A stretch of 64,000 nucleotides of DNA from NCBI RefSeq assembly GCF_006345805.1, contig NC_043005.1, positions 53,134,001 to 53,198,000 on the forward strand, in the 5' to 3' direction. Made by a program: the position numbers and the translations under genes. The stretch is from Octopus sinensis (taxonomy: Eukaryota). Positions 1 through 14,336 of the stretch are shown piece after piece. The number at the start of each line of letters is the position of its first letter. Position 1 is the first letter of the stretch. Below the pieces are notes generated by a model, which was given only the letters and a program-made list of their open reading frames with translations, did no database searches and was not told where the DNA came from.

Positions 1-2269
1 AAACGGGAGCATTCCTGGTTTTGTGAGCCGAGGAGCCGTAACACTGCTGAAGAAAGATCTAAAAGGGAAATGTAATAGATAACTTTAGGCCCATCACTCT
101 GCTTAATGCAGACTTGAAAATTTTGGCCAAGGTGCTAGCCAAGAGGTTGGCGCTTGTCATCGAGAAACTGGTCGACAAGGCGCAAACATGCGCCGTGCCA
201 GGCCGGACCATCCATGACAACCTCCATCTGATGCGCTACATCATAGACAGGGTAGTTAACGAACCTGGCATGGGTGGGGCCCTGATCAACTTGGATCAAT
301 CAAAAGCCTTTGATAGGGTAGACCATCGATACTTGGAGGCAGTCCTGAGAGCGGCTGGTTTCGGTCCCGTCTTCCGCGGCTGGATAGCTGCCTTGTACAG
401 AGGCATCCGTTCGGTAATTCGCGTAAATGGACATCTATCGAGACCTTTCGACATTGCACGTTCGGTCCGTCAGGGATGCCCCCTCTCGGCGCTTCTATAC
501 GTATTGACTCTTGAGCCACTACTGCGGAAGCTGGCGACTCTAAGGGGCATCCCGCGAGAATTGGGATGCGGGACGAGCGTGTCTGCATACGCGGACGACG
601 TCACCGTCATAGTGTCTAGCCACGAGCACATCGAGCTGGTGCGGCGAGACACTGAAAAACTACGAAGCGGTGACAGGAGCGAAAATCAACCGGAAAAGTC
701 AGTGGGCTTGCGACTAGGCACCTGGAGAAGCAAGCCCATGCCGTCCACCAGCGCCTCCGTCGTGGGACGCTGGACCGACGGCCCGGTTGAGTTGCTCGGG
801 GTCTGGTTTGGTCCGGACCTCCAAGTGGAGAAGAACTGGAACGAGATAACGAGTAGGGTGGTCACTCTCGCCCGGCAATGGGCCGAGAGGAAACTGTCCC
901 TAAAAGGTCGAGCGGAGGTGGCGAACACGTACATCGCGTCCGTCATCTACTACCGCCTGACCGTCGTACCTTGTCCCGACCCTACCATCACCAAACTACA
1001 ACGCATCCTCTTTCGCTTCTTGTGGAAAGGATGCGTCCCGATGGTCAGGCGATCCATTTGCTGTCAACACCCGTTAAAAGGAGGGCTGGGCATGCCGTGG
1101 TTGATGATGCGCAGACACGCGCTGAGACTGCGACATCTCTGGCTCTATGTAGACGACGGTGAACAGGTGTGGTCGCCGTTTGTGAGGCACGCTTTCCCGC
1201 AGCTCGTCTCCATGACCGAACTGCAGTCGTGGATCAAAAAGAGGCCGAGGAAGGGCGAATGGCACCGCGAGTGTCGCGTTGCTCTCAAGCAACTCTGCCG
1301 TCCTGGGTCGACCTTAAGTGACTTCAACACAACCAAAGCATTCTATAGGGGTTTAGTGGAGGGGAGGTACGACGACGAGCTCGGGGCGAACCTGGACGTC
1401 GACGAGGAGTACCTGACCCGCCTGTTCGGGACGACTTTCGGGCCAGGGCCCATGGACAACTTCCAGAGATCCCTGGCCTGGCAGTGCTACCGAGAAGCGC
1501 TACCCGTTCGGGATAAGCTCTACAGACACGGCTCGAGAAACACGGGGCCGACCTGCCCGAGATGCGGTCAGAGCGACGAAACCGTTCTGCACGCACTCGT
1601 TCAGTGTCCAACAATTCCGACCTGTGGGCTTATGTCGAACAACTGCTGTCACGTGTGGGACGAGTCGGTTTATCAGCTGAGTCTATCGTCAATATTGTCA
1701 CGCCTCCTTCCTTCAAACGGGAAGGAAGAGCTATTTTATCATCCTTGTGGCTATGGCGAAAGAATGTATCTGGTGGACGCGTCTGAAAGGATTGGAGACA
1801 AACACTTCCTCTCTGGTCAATCTCTCATCAACTTCTTCAAGTACCACTTGAAAAGGAAAGTGAGAGTAGAGAGGCAAGTTTTGTCTAGCGAATGTTTTAA
1901 AAAAAGATGGGTGAATGTAGCAAGAATGGCACGTATGAATGACGAAGCCACCTTGAGCATAGTCCTATGAACCCAGAAATCGAAAACAGAGAGTTGCTTA
2001 TTTGCAAAAAAAAAAAAAAAAAAAAAAAAAAGAATATAAAATGTGACTTCATTGACCGAGGTTACCGTGGTCTTTTCTGCAGGCTTTTCTTTCCACGGGT
2101 AAACCTCACCTGTCCTCCCCTTTACACTTCATATTGACATTTCTGTGATAACGATCCCTATTGATCATTTTTTTTCCTCTCCCCCTTTTTTTTTTTTTTT
2201 TTTTTTAACCCCCTTATTTTTGTCCTCTTTCTCTCCTTTTACGATCCCTTTTGATCGAACCTCCCCCTT

Positions 2270-2309
<40 letters not shown>

Positions 2310-2380
2310 CCTTCAAAAGAAAAGCTCTACCTTGTAATTTGTTCTATCTGTGTGCAGCCCTGTGTGGCTAATAAAGAAAC
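1..2380 (+). mobile_element. Tx1/L1-clade non-LTR retrotransposon, copy T1 (3' 2.4 kb; 5' part lies outside window)
   Basis: RT motifs, C-terminal CCHC knuckle, U-rich 3' UTR ending TGTGGCTAATAAAGAAAC directly followed by (CTAT)n. Confidence 0.9.
2..1970 (+). pseudogene. Tx1-like ORF2 reverse transcriptase + C-terminal zinc knuckle, with several frameshifts
   Basis: NFRPITLLNADLKILAKVL, LDQSKAFDRVDH, SVRQGCPLS, YADD, ELLGVWF, CPRCGQSDETVLHALVQC; frame changes near 60, 640/692 and 1613/1735/1815. Confidence 0.9.
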
Positions 2381-2401
2381 ATATCTATCTATCTATCTAC
2401 A

Positions 2402-2467
<66 letters not shown>

Positions 2468-2493
2468 CATATCTATCTATCTATCTATCTACA

Positions 2494-2533
<40 letters not shown>

Positions 2534-2537
2534 CATC

Positions 2538-2590
<53 letters not shown>
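2381..2590 (+). repeat. (CTAT)n microsatellite at 3' junction of T1
   Basis: direct reading. Confidence 0.98.
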
Positions 2591-2591
<1 letters not shown>

Positions 2592-3299
2592 GCAACAAAA
2601 ACATTTTTTTCTATACCACTATCGACTCAACCACCTAAAGAATATCAGCACTAACAAGACGAAAGACAATAAGCAGAAACTTCTCTCCAAGAGCGGATTG
2701 ATCACACGAATAACCAGGTACTGTTTGAATGCTGCATGGGCAGTTGAATGCCGAGTACTGGGGAAAATATATGGAAAATATTGTACTGAGAAGTTCAATA
2801 TCGTTACTAGAAGAGCTATTGAAAGTGGAGAAATAAAAAGCAAGCAACAAGTGTGCCACTTAGTAGTTTCGAAACGTGCAAATACTCAGGCAACAAAAAG
2901 CCTCCAAGAAATATGCGGCACTATACTGCTGTGTCAACACCATAGTGGAGCGTCCATGCCACTGTCGATGAGGAACTTCGACGTGCTACTGTTCAAAACA
3001 CTTGCATATTTGCCGAGAACTATATTTGCTGGCTATATTTGTTTCCGGAATGGAATACAGGTTAATATTATATTGAAGGTATCGAGACCAAAATGCCAGA
3101 AGATGTAGAAACACACACTACTTGAGGGTTTTCTGCCTTCATCTTTCAGCTGTACAAAGCCTGAAAACATTTGAACCATTAATCTATGTCTTGGATGTTT
3201 TCATGATGCTCCACTTGCATGAAAATGTGCACTATACTTCGACTTGAATACGTACATACACGCACACATCAGTTAGTGAAAACAGGAAGACATATCATT

Positions 3300-3745
3300 T
3301 ACAAATTTTGGAACATGGTTAACAAAATCGTGGCAGGTGGTTAAGTCGATTACATCGATTTCAGTACTCAATCGGTACGTATTTTATTGATCCCGAAAGG
3401 GTGAAAACGAAAGTCGACCTCGGCGAAATTTGAACTCAGAACGAAAAGACAGACGAAATGCTACTAAGCATTTCGTCCGGCGTGCTAACAATCTTGCTGG
3501 TTCGCCGCCTTACTACAGGAAACAAATACTGATTTCAAATTTTTGCACTAGGCCAGCAATTTCGAGGAAGGTGATAAGTCGATTACACCGACACCAGAGT
3601 TACCTTGGTGCTTAATTCATCGACCCCGAAAAGATGAAATGCAAAGTCGACTTTAGCAGAATTTGAACTCAGAACGTAAAGACAGACGACATGCTACTAG
3701 GAATTTTGCCTGGTGTGTTAACAATTCTGCTGGTTTACCGCCTTA
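3300..3745 (-). mobile_element. Two tandem degenerate copies of tRNA-headed SINE family A
   Basis: reverse complement of GGCGG..GAGTTCAAATT..GTCGACTTT..GGGGTCGAT..AAGTAC core seen at 5512 and 20005. Confidence 0.75.
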
Positions 3746-4229
3746 CAATATGCAACAAGAATTAAAATACAAGAAATATTGCTTGTACCATGTTTCGCCT
3801 TGACTTCACTCTACTCAACATAAAGAGAAAATCTTTACACCCTGAAATTTGCGAAATAAATTTTTTTCATACGTGCAGAGATTGACCGAAATTATTCTGG
3901 CATTTCTTTCTATTGCTATGATTAAAAAAAAAAAAAATTAAACAAAACTTCATATTATAATTCCGATTCATGTATTTGTCTTTTAGTATCGTTGCTATAT
4001 TTTTGTAAATTTTCTGTTTGTTTCTCTATTTATATTTATCTCTTTATCTACTAATCTGTTTATCAAACTGTGATGCTTAGTATCTTACGCACAGTCAACA
4101 TTTTACCGCATTCTCTCAGCCAGGAATGTCCATTAGAGGTAACTTGTTTTGTTTTGTTTTTATAACAATCTCTGCTTCCCCCAAAACCTCTATGCATGAT
4201 ATGTACATAAAAACACACTACCACACACA

Positions 4230-4326
4230 AACACATAGATGTCGGCGTGTGTATATACATGTGTATATACATACATATATATGTATATATGTATATATAT
4301 ATATATATACATACATACATACATAC

Positions 4327-4358
<32 letters not shown>

Positions 4359-4365
4359 AATACAA

Positions 4366-4411
<46 letters not shown>

Positions 4412-4773
4412 ATACATACTATATATATCTACATATGTATATACGCATAACTATATATAGATGTATATGTACATATACGTTTGTATGTATATATATAATA
4501 TATATATTATATATAATATATAATATATATATATATATATGTATATATATATTATATATATATATGAATAAATACATATAATGATATTAATAGATATGTG
4601 TGGGTGTGTATATATATTCATATATATCATATATAGGTGTATATATATATACAAACATATATGTACGTTTGTATACATATGTGTGTGTATGCATATGTAT
4701 ATATATGTATGTATAAATACATACAGACATACACGCATATCTATATGTGTGTGTGCTGTGTGTATGCATGTTT

Positions 4774-4804
<31 letters not shown>

Positions 4805-4815
4805 GTGTGTGTACG
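4230..4815. repeat. Compound (TA)n/(TACA)n/(TG)n microsatellite
   Basis: direct reading. Confidence 0.95.
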
Positions 4816-5211
4816 TGCCAGGCAAAATAACTCTGCCTTTCTAGTTTTTGTAAATTTGTCTTTTTTTCACATTCCCCTCTTATTTTTTATGATTTTTCTA
4901 GAAATCATCATACTAACAGAAAGGTCAAAAGCATTATTTCACTTTATTTCTTTTTATGAATGAATATAAGAAATGGTCCTGTTCATTGTTAGCCTTATAA
5001 TATGTCATTTTGCTATCGATAAATATGTATAGAGATAATGCACATTTTCAGATTTTTGCTCACAAATGACTTTTAGATATTCATAAAGAATGGTAAAGAA
5101 AGCACATACAAATATAGAACTACGCTCTTACAACTCCCCAAAATTATAGCACGCATAATACATACATACGTACGCATGCGCACACAAAACGCCTGCTGAG
5201 TACACGAAGGC

Positions 5212-5267
<56 letters not shown>

Positions 5268-5511
5268 CGTCTCTTGTATGTACATATAATCCTTTATATT
5301 GTAGGCACGAGACCTGAAATGCTGTGGACGTGAGTTAGTCGAATTCATAAACCTTAGTTCTCATCTGGTACTTATTTTATTGACCTCGAAAGAGAGAAAG
5401 GTAAAGTCGACCCTGGCAGAATTTGAATTTAGAAGTATGTCAAAATAATAAGCAATACTTATATAAAGAACAGATACCCATTGAAATACAACCAATATAT
5501 TTTGTTTGAAA

Positions 5512-6308
5512 TGCGGCGAGCTGGCAGAAACGTTAGCATGCCGGGCGAAATGCTTAGCAGTATTTCGTCTGCCGTTACGTTCTGAGTTCAAATTCCGCTG
5601 AGGTTGACTTTGCCTTTCATCCTTCGGGTCGATAAATTAAGTACCAGTTACGCACTGGGGTCGATATAATCGACTTAATCCGTTTGTCTGTCCTTGTTTG
5701 TCCTCTCTGTGTTTAGCCCCTTGTGAGTAGTAAAGAAACAGGTATTTCGTCTGCTGCTACGTTCTGAGTTAAAATTCCATCGAGGTCGACTTTGCCTTTC
5801 ATCCTTTCGGGGTCGATAAATTAAGTACCAGTTACGCACTGGGGTCGATATAATCGACTTAATCCGTTTGTCTGTCCTTGTTTCTCCCCTCTACGTTTAA
5901 CCCCTTGTGAGCAATAAAGAAATAAGAAACGTTAGCACGCCGGACGAAATGCTTAGCAGTATTTCGTCTGCCGCTACGTTCTGAGATCATATTCCGCCGA
6001 GGTCGACTTTGCCTTTCATCCTTTCGGGGTCCATTAAATAAGTACCAGTAACGCACTGGGGTTGATATAATCGACTTAATCCGTTTGTCTTTCCTTGTTT
6101 GTCCCCTCTGTGTTTGACCCCTTGCGGGTAGTAAAGAAATGGGTATTTCGTCTGTCTTTCTGAGTTTTGAGTTCAAATTCCACCGTGGTCGACTTTGTCT
6201 TTCATCCTTTCAGGGTCGATAAATTAAGTACCAGTTGCATACTGGGATCGAATTAATCGACTAGCCCCGCTTCCCAAAATTTCGGACCTTGTGCCTAGAG
6301 TAGAAAAG
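5512..6308 (+). mobile_element. Head-to-tail tetramer of SINE family A bounded by one 18-bp TSD
   Basis: four ~180-230 bp units; AATATATTTTGTTTGAAA at 5494-5511 and 6309-6326. Confidence 0.85.
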
Positions 6309-6709
6309 AATATATTTTGTTTGAAAATTTCCCGTGTTTTATTTCTTGTGACAGACAATTGTTTCTTATAGAAATTTAGTAAGAGAAGCGGGTGGATCGA
6401 TCAATTTGATAATAGTACTTAACGAGTGTGTTATATTTTAGACCCCGAAAGGACGCAAGACAAGAGTTGTCTCCGGCAGGATTTTAACCGAGAAAGTTAA
6501 GTTCCGGAACAATTACCGTAAGACATTCTGTTTGATACTTGTATGATCCTGCCAATTCACTGAACTTTTGTTTTTACCTTACGATAATTAAAACATTAAG
6601 ATTATTGTTTATATAGATCATCATCGCAATGATAATTGTTAATCTAAATGAGATGCCAGTTGAAAAATTTTAATTAAAATAAGGTCAATGAAAGATTTGT
6701 AGATAATTT

Positions 6710-7390
6710 TTATGACATTCTCTTACAGACTACCTTGATGACATATGATAGCGATCATATCATTGTAACTGGTAACTTTGTTGGACATGCTGGACAGCAT
6801 TCTTGCTATGGATTTAGTTTTCAAAATGAGATGGCAGAGCAACATGTTCTGTCATGCAAATGACAATGATTTGCAACACTAGCTTTAGGGAACCAGCCAC
6901 CTGATCACCTGTGATTTTGGTGGGGATACAAATCAGACTGACTACATTCTCACCAGAAAGTGATAAAGAAAGATGGTTGTAAATGCCAAGTCTATCCCCC
7001 TTACTGAATGATGAATGCATTATTGGTTAGTGATTTCGGACGTAGAGCTAGAAGAATTCAGAGATAAAAGACAAGGAATATATGAAGGTTAATAGTTCTA
7101 TTGGGTTGTCAGAGATTTAGAAGTCCTAATCGAAGATTTCTTTTAAGCAGGAGAGGGAGATAAAGGCATACAACATAGAAGAGAGCTGGAATTTCTTCCA
7201 GGACAACTTACCAAGGGCTACAGATAAGTCTGTGTCTAGTGCAGAGTTCCAGCCTGACCGTGGATGAAAATGAAGGTGGAACAATGAAGAAGACAGAACC
7301 ATAAAAGCAAAGAGACAAGCTTGTATGTATTGGAAGAATGGGAATAGCAGAAAATTATACGAGGTAGCTAGAAGAGAAACTGGGCGTCTC
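6710..7390 (+). mobile_element. Degenerate RTE-type LINE fragment (APE endonuclease + linker)
   Basis: broken translation gives IIVTGNFVGHAG..YGF..QNE, ..QTDYILTRK, and EESWNFFQ..RWNNE..IKAKRQA..W, typical of RTE EN/linker. Confidence 0.6.
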
Positions 7391-7764
7391 TGTCACTGTA
7401 GAACTTTTCTCTCCTCCCCTCTTCGCATCGTCTCCCTATTTTTCTTCTGTCAGTTGTTCATCATAGTGTTGTTTTCCACAACCTTTTTATGATTTGACAC
7501 CCATCACCTTCCTTCCTAACCCATTTTATTTTCCTTAAGTTTTTGATATATGACTTAAAAAAAAAACATCACGTATTAAAATATTTGAGCTTCAAATAGA
7601 AACTGACAAGTAACTTAAAACTGTTATATTTAATGTATGACTTTCAAATGTCACATTTTGATGTGCGATTTGGTAGTACCATAAATTAAGAGATATTATT
7701 TTCAGATTATAAACCTGGTTTTACAGATAGTCATACTTTTTCTTTTCAAATCAAGATGCAATTC

Positions 7765-7975
7765 TTTTTATCTTTTACTTGTTTCAGTCATTGGACTACG
7801 GCCGTGCTGGGGCCCTACCTTGAAGGGTTTAGTTGAACAAATCGACCCCTATACTTATTTGTAAGTTTGCTACTTATTCTGTCGGTCACTTTTGCTAAAC
7901 CGCTGGATTATGGGGACGAAAACAAACAACCACCGATTATTAAGTGATGGGGAGAGACAAACACAACGATAATAC
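7765..7975 (-). mobile_element. SINE family B, 3' half
   Basis: TTTTACTTGTTTCAGTCA..GCCGTGCTGG..ATCGACCCC..ACTTATTC matches 16735 and 25565 copies. Confidence 0.75.
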
Positions 7976-8544
7976 AGCTAATATATATATATATTTATAT
8001 ATATATATATATTGTGTGTGTGTGGTTGTGTGTGTGCGTGTGCGTGTGTACTTATGATTATATCGATACGCACAAAGACACACATGCATGTGTATGTATA
8101 TATAGTATATATATATATATATTATATATATATATATATATAATTATATTATATATATATATTTATATATATATGTATTTAATTTTATTTGTTAGGGAAT
8201 AAAAATTCCGGCATAATAGGGGTTCAAATTATTCTCACTGAAGAATATATACTTTCATTTAGAGATAGTAGGCCCCTTCATCTCACCATATAAAAAAGAA
8301 TTTTAATTTAAAATACCTACTACTTTATATGATCGAACGCCACGTAACTATCTCTATCCAACCATATGTATATCAAATATTAATTCTAAATAATAATTTT
8401 CTGTTCAGTTTCTTTTTTGTTTTCTGATTATTGGTTGCATGACAAACTATTGAAAAAACACATTTCATGAAATCGACAGAGAAACTGTGAGGCATTTAGA
8501 ATGTGTAGTGCGTTACTATAATATGTCAGAGCCAGTAACATTAG

Positions 8545-8636
8545 TATTCGTAGTATTCGTAGTAGTAGTAGTATTCGTAGTAGTAGTAGTATTCGTAGTA
8601 GTAGTATTCGTAGTAGTAGTATTCGTAGTAGTATTC

Positions 8637-8675
<39 letters not shown>

Positions 8676-8690
8676 AGAGGAGGAGGAGGG
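8545..8690. repeat. (TAG)n microsatellite with periodic TTCG interruptions
   Basis: direct reading. Confidence 0.95.
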
Positions 8691-9604
8691 GAACAGCTGC
8701 AGAATACATCATAATGCAAATTGTAACTTGACTTTATAACTGATTGTCGGAACAGCGACCCGGCGGATTAGTGGACCAGTGGACCAGTTACTGTTCTTGA
8801 AAGGAAGTGTCATAACTCTCATTCAACTACAAAGCCAATGCTATCGTATGTGATACTGATATACACATCTCGTAATGATACACAAATATCTTATTCTATA
8901 GGACACGTCTTCATTCAGATAGGCTGTCTCACTAATTAGAAATATTTACTCACCGATATGGAGTATCTATTTTCTTGCCTATAAATGAATAGTGTCTTCC
9001 CTTAAGTAGTGGTTTATTTAGTCCCAACTTAACCCATACTATTCAACTTTCTCTTTGAGAGTTGTTATCTTTAATGCATTTAAGTCTTCAAACCCTAAGA
9101 GCTGAAGCTCGTCCTTTGCCCAAACGCACCAGTGAGGGAAGCTTTACGAGGTGGTCACTCGAAATGCTACACATAGCAGTCAAACCATTATCATATCGCA
9201 CAACTATTTTAGTAAAAGAACATAAAAGATATCGGAGTCATAGCTACGCATATGCGTGTGCGCGCGCTTCTATTTCGATGCGGCGAGACAGTTATTTTTA
9301 TAATCGCGTGGGCTGCTGGAAAGTGCGAAGTTATTTGAAAATAAAAATATTACGAAATGTCAAGAATATCAAAAATGTCTCCACTTGACGTACACATACA
9401 CTGCAAGTACAACACATACATATGCATACCAGTGTACAAATACGCGCACTCACACATTCACACACATTCAAAGACGAATACTATATATTCAGTTTTCTCT
9501 TTCTCTCTCTCTTCCCTTGTACACACAAGCACAAAAACGTACATAGATAGATACATACATACATACACACACACATATATATATATATATATACACATAC
9601 AAAT

Positions 9605-9750
9605 ACACATGGTTCCAGGTTCAATCTCACTGCGTGGCACCTTGGGCGCATGTCTTATACTACAGCATTGGGCTGACCAAAGCCGTCCGTGTGCGTGGAT
9701 TTGATAGACGGAAACTGAAAGTAGCACGTCGGATATATATATATATATAG

Positions 9751-9790
<40 letters not shown>

Positions 9791-9856
9791 AATATATATA
9801 TATATGCACATATATACACACACTCACATATATATAATATATATATATACATACAT

Positions 9857-9899
<43 letters not shown>

Positions 9900-10015
9900 G
9901 TATATGTACGTACGTATTTGTTTGTTTGTGCTTGTTTTCTTTGGACACCGATGTTGGTGTTTTTACGTCCTCGTAAGCTAGCGGTTCGGCAAAAGAGACC
10001 GATAGAATAAGTTCT
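9605..10015 (+). mobile_element. SINE family B with internal (TA)n, fused at 3' side to a truncated SINE A
   Basis: GGTTCAATCTCACTGCGTGGCACCTTGGGC head/CORE-like motif; switch to CCTTTCATCCTTTCG (family A) at ~10018. Confidence 0.75.
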
Positions 10016-10136
10016 AAGCCTTTCATCCTTTCGCAGTCGATGAATTAAGTACCAGTGAAACATTGCAGTAGACGTGATTGACTACCCGCTCCCTCTAAAT
10101 TTCAGCCTTGTACCTAATAGCAGAAAAGCTTATTAT

Positions 10137-10175
<39 letters not shown>

Positions 10176-10248
10176 CTATAATATATTATGCGTGTGTGTG
10201 TGTTTGTGTGAGTGTATGTGTGTGTGTGTATACAGATGTATATATATA

Positions 10249-10482
10249 CAGGGTTGGCTTAAAGTCATCCGACAGAAAATCAAAATTCCATAAATTCTAT
10301 CCGTAATTCTGTATTGACTCGAATAGAAAAATGTGTCGCTGAAAAAAGGACTTCAGTTCGAACAATTTTCATCATATTTCGTATTTAGATGCTTTTATTA
10401 AATTCATTCAGTTGTTAAACATAAATAAATCTTGGAATTAAATAGTTTTGATTTACTGTCAAGTGACTTTTGTCCAACCCTG
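10249..10482. mobile_element. Tc1/mariner-type MITE (234 bp)
   Basis: imperfect 27-bp TIR CAGGGTTGG..AAAGTCA..GACAG / CTGTC..TGACTTT..CCAACCCTG, flanked by TA. Confidence 0.8.
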
Positions 10483-11441
10483 TATATATGTATATAAGAC
10501 AGAAAGTGAGAGACGTATTGGAGGTAATATATTGTAATTTTTTTTTTTTCTGAAAGTATAAGAAAACAATTGGTTTAATTACACAAAGTTATGCAAAGAC
10601 ACCATGCTCATAGGTGTTTCATGTGGAACTGTTAATTCTCGTTGTACTCAAATTGTTCTTCACGCGGATGGCATCCTTCAGTAATTAAGCGCAAGCAAAT
10701 TTTAAAAAGAATTTCAATATATTGTCTTATTTCTACTCCCCTATAATATTATACATCTGTGTAAAAACTCCCCTTACGATCTCTTTGAAACAGGAGCTGT
10801 TGAATTTCTGATGCATTAATAATCGTATTTGATAGCATAAAAGACAGGCAGATATATAAGACGCATTCCAATTCCAGAAAAACAACATTTATAGAAACTT
10901 CGCGTATAGGATCCGAGTAGCATTTTTCAGACATTTTTTTCAGAATATAAACGTTGTATATGCCAACAAATAGAGTAACTTGATTTTGATATATTTCTGT
11001 TGATATTTTCTGTCCCGGGGTTAAACAACGATGTCAACAGCACTTAGAAAGCTAAGCTACATTTCATTATCAAAAAAGTAGAAGAAATAATGTAAATGTG
11101 GGTCACAAAGGAAACCGAGCCGGCTATATCTTGATGGATTCGATGAAAGCTTAGGATATTTCCTTAAAACCGATTTCCAGAGGTCGTAGTGTAGTTTCTC
11201 TTAGAGTCTAAAGAATTTACTGAAACAGATAATGTTTCTGAGAAATATATTAACGTAACATTTTTTGTATCTCCTTAAAACACTTAGCCTTGTGTCCAGA
11301 AATCAAGTGATCTTTTTGCCAGTATATATACAAATATCTAAACATGCATATACACATATATACACAGGCATATGATATGTGTGTGTAGGCCCGTTGTGTA
11401 CGTATGTGTATATGAAAGAGTATGAATATTTGTTTGTAAAT

Positions 11442-12710
<1,269 letters not shown>

Positions 12711-12780
<70 letters not shown>
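12711..12780 (+). repeat. (TATC)n at 3' junction of T2
   Basis: direct reading. Confidence 0.97.
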
Positions 12781-13092
12781 CATACATTATCGAACACATT
12801 CAAAATACGCAGCTAACTTGTTCGCCGGTAGGTTACGAATAGCGTGGTGGCGATGACTCTCTCAAAGCGCCGAATGTTAAAATACCTGAAAGTCATAGAC
12901 AGGTGAGACAGCTCGCTCCAAATCCCATGTAGGGGCGATAGAACAGATGTTTCTCGAAATGATTGCCAGTACATGGCTATCTACATACAAATAGGGTAAA
13001 AAAAACAAACATTTACTGGTATGCCCCGACGATGCATACGCAAGAATAAACTCAAATTATTCAATATTCAGACGCTGCGCTAGTGTTGTAAA

Positions 13093-13126
<34 letters not shown>

Positions 13127-13137
13127 TGTGTGCGTAC

Positions 13138-13330
13138 AGGTGCATGGTCTAGTGGATTGGGGTGTTTGACTCACTATCGTGAGATCGTGAGTTCGATTCT
13201 CAGACAGGATGTGCATTGTGAGCTTGAGCAAAACACTTCATTTCACGTTTCTCCAGTCCACTCACCTCTAAATGGGTAACCTTGCAACGGATTAGCCTTC
13301 CAATCAGAGAGAATATTGGTCTGCTCGCCA
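13138..13330 (+). mobile_element. tRNA-headed SINE family C
   Basis: A box TGGTCTAGTGG, B box GAGTTCGATTC, then CTTGAGCAAAACACTT..CTCCAGTCCACTCA as at 18586 and 50043. Confidence 0.75.
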
Positions 13331-13486
13331 AGCCAGCAGAGTGTCTAAAACGATGTGAAGTGTATTGTGACCAGCGACGTATAACGACAGTGATATATAA
13401 CACACACACCACATACATATGTATGTATATATATATATATGTATATGTGTATATATACATATACACATGTAGCTATATATAGATAA

Positions 13487-13626
13487 CTTAGCGGTTTGGC
13501 AAAGGAGACCGATAGAATAAGTACTGGGCTTACAAAGAATAAGTCCCGGGGTCGATTTGATCGACTAAAGGCGGTGCTCCAGCTGGCTGCAGTCAAATGA
13601 ACTGAAGGAAGTTAAAAAGTAAAGAG
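13487..13626 (+). mobile_element. 5'-truncated SINE B insertion with 7-bp TSD, absent from duplicated copy B
   Basis: TAGATAA at 13480-13486 and 13627-13633; single TAGATAA at 16010-16016. Confidence 0.9.
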
Positions 13627-13765
13627 TAGATAAAAATAGATATCTATATATATATCTATCAATTTATCCATCTACTATCTACCTAGTTTTCTATCTATTG
13701 CATTTATCTCTTAATCTCTCTCTCTCTCTCTCTCTCTCTCCACATACATATATAATTTTGTATAC

Positions 13766-13865
13766 NNNNNNNNNNNNNNNNNNNNNNNNNNNNNNNNNNN
13801 NNNNNNNNNNNNNNNNNNNNNNNNNNNNNNNNNNNNNNNNNNNNNNNNNNNNNNNNNNNNNNNNN
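13766..13865. other. Assembly gap (100 N)
   Basis: direct reading. Confidence 1.
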
Positions 13866-14104
13866 CCGATAGAATAAGTTCTAGGCCTTTCATCCAGTTT
13901 CGCACGTCGATGAATTAAGTACCAGATGAAACATTGCAGTAGATGTGATTGACTACCCGCTCCTCTGAATTTCAGGCCTTGTGCCTAATAGTAGAAAAGC
14001 TTATTACATATATATATATATAATATATATATATATATAATGCGTGTGTGTGTGTGTTTGTGTGAGTGTATGTGTGTGTGTGTATACAGATGTATATATA
14101 TATA

Positions 14105-14336
14105 CAGGGTTGCTAAAAGTCATCCGACAGAAAAAATCAAAATTCCATAAATTCTATCCGTATTCTGTAATGACTCGAATAGAAAATGTGTGTCGCTGAA
14201 AAAAGGACTTCAGTTCGAACAATTTTCATCATGTTTCGTATTAGATGCTTTTATTAAATTCATCAGTGTTAAACATGAATAAATCTTGGAATTAAATGGT
14301 TTTGACTTACTGCCAAGTGAGTTTTGTCCAACCTTG
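14105..14336. mobile_element. Second (duplicated) copy of Tc1/mariner MITE
   Basis: matches 10249-10482. Confidence 0.8.

Noticed and set aside
8516-8719. Thr/Asn-rich minus-strand ORF as a terminal exon of the candidate gene
   Set aside because: It has an acceptor-like TTCTGCAG, but the plausible frame needs phase 2 whereas the 17982 exon ends in phase 0, and the content is a (TAG)n repeat. Unresolved without RNA data.
10749-10934. 61-aa ORF (and its duplicate at 14603-14824) as an exon
   Set aside because: No convincing splice sites or homology. Its recurrence is explained by the haplotype duplication.
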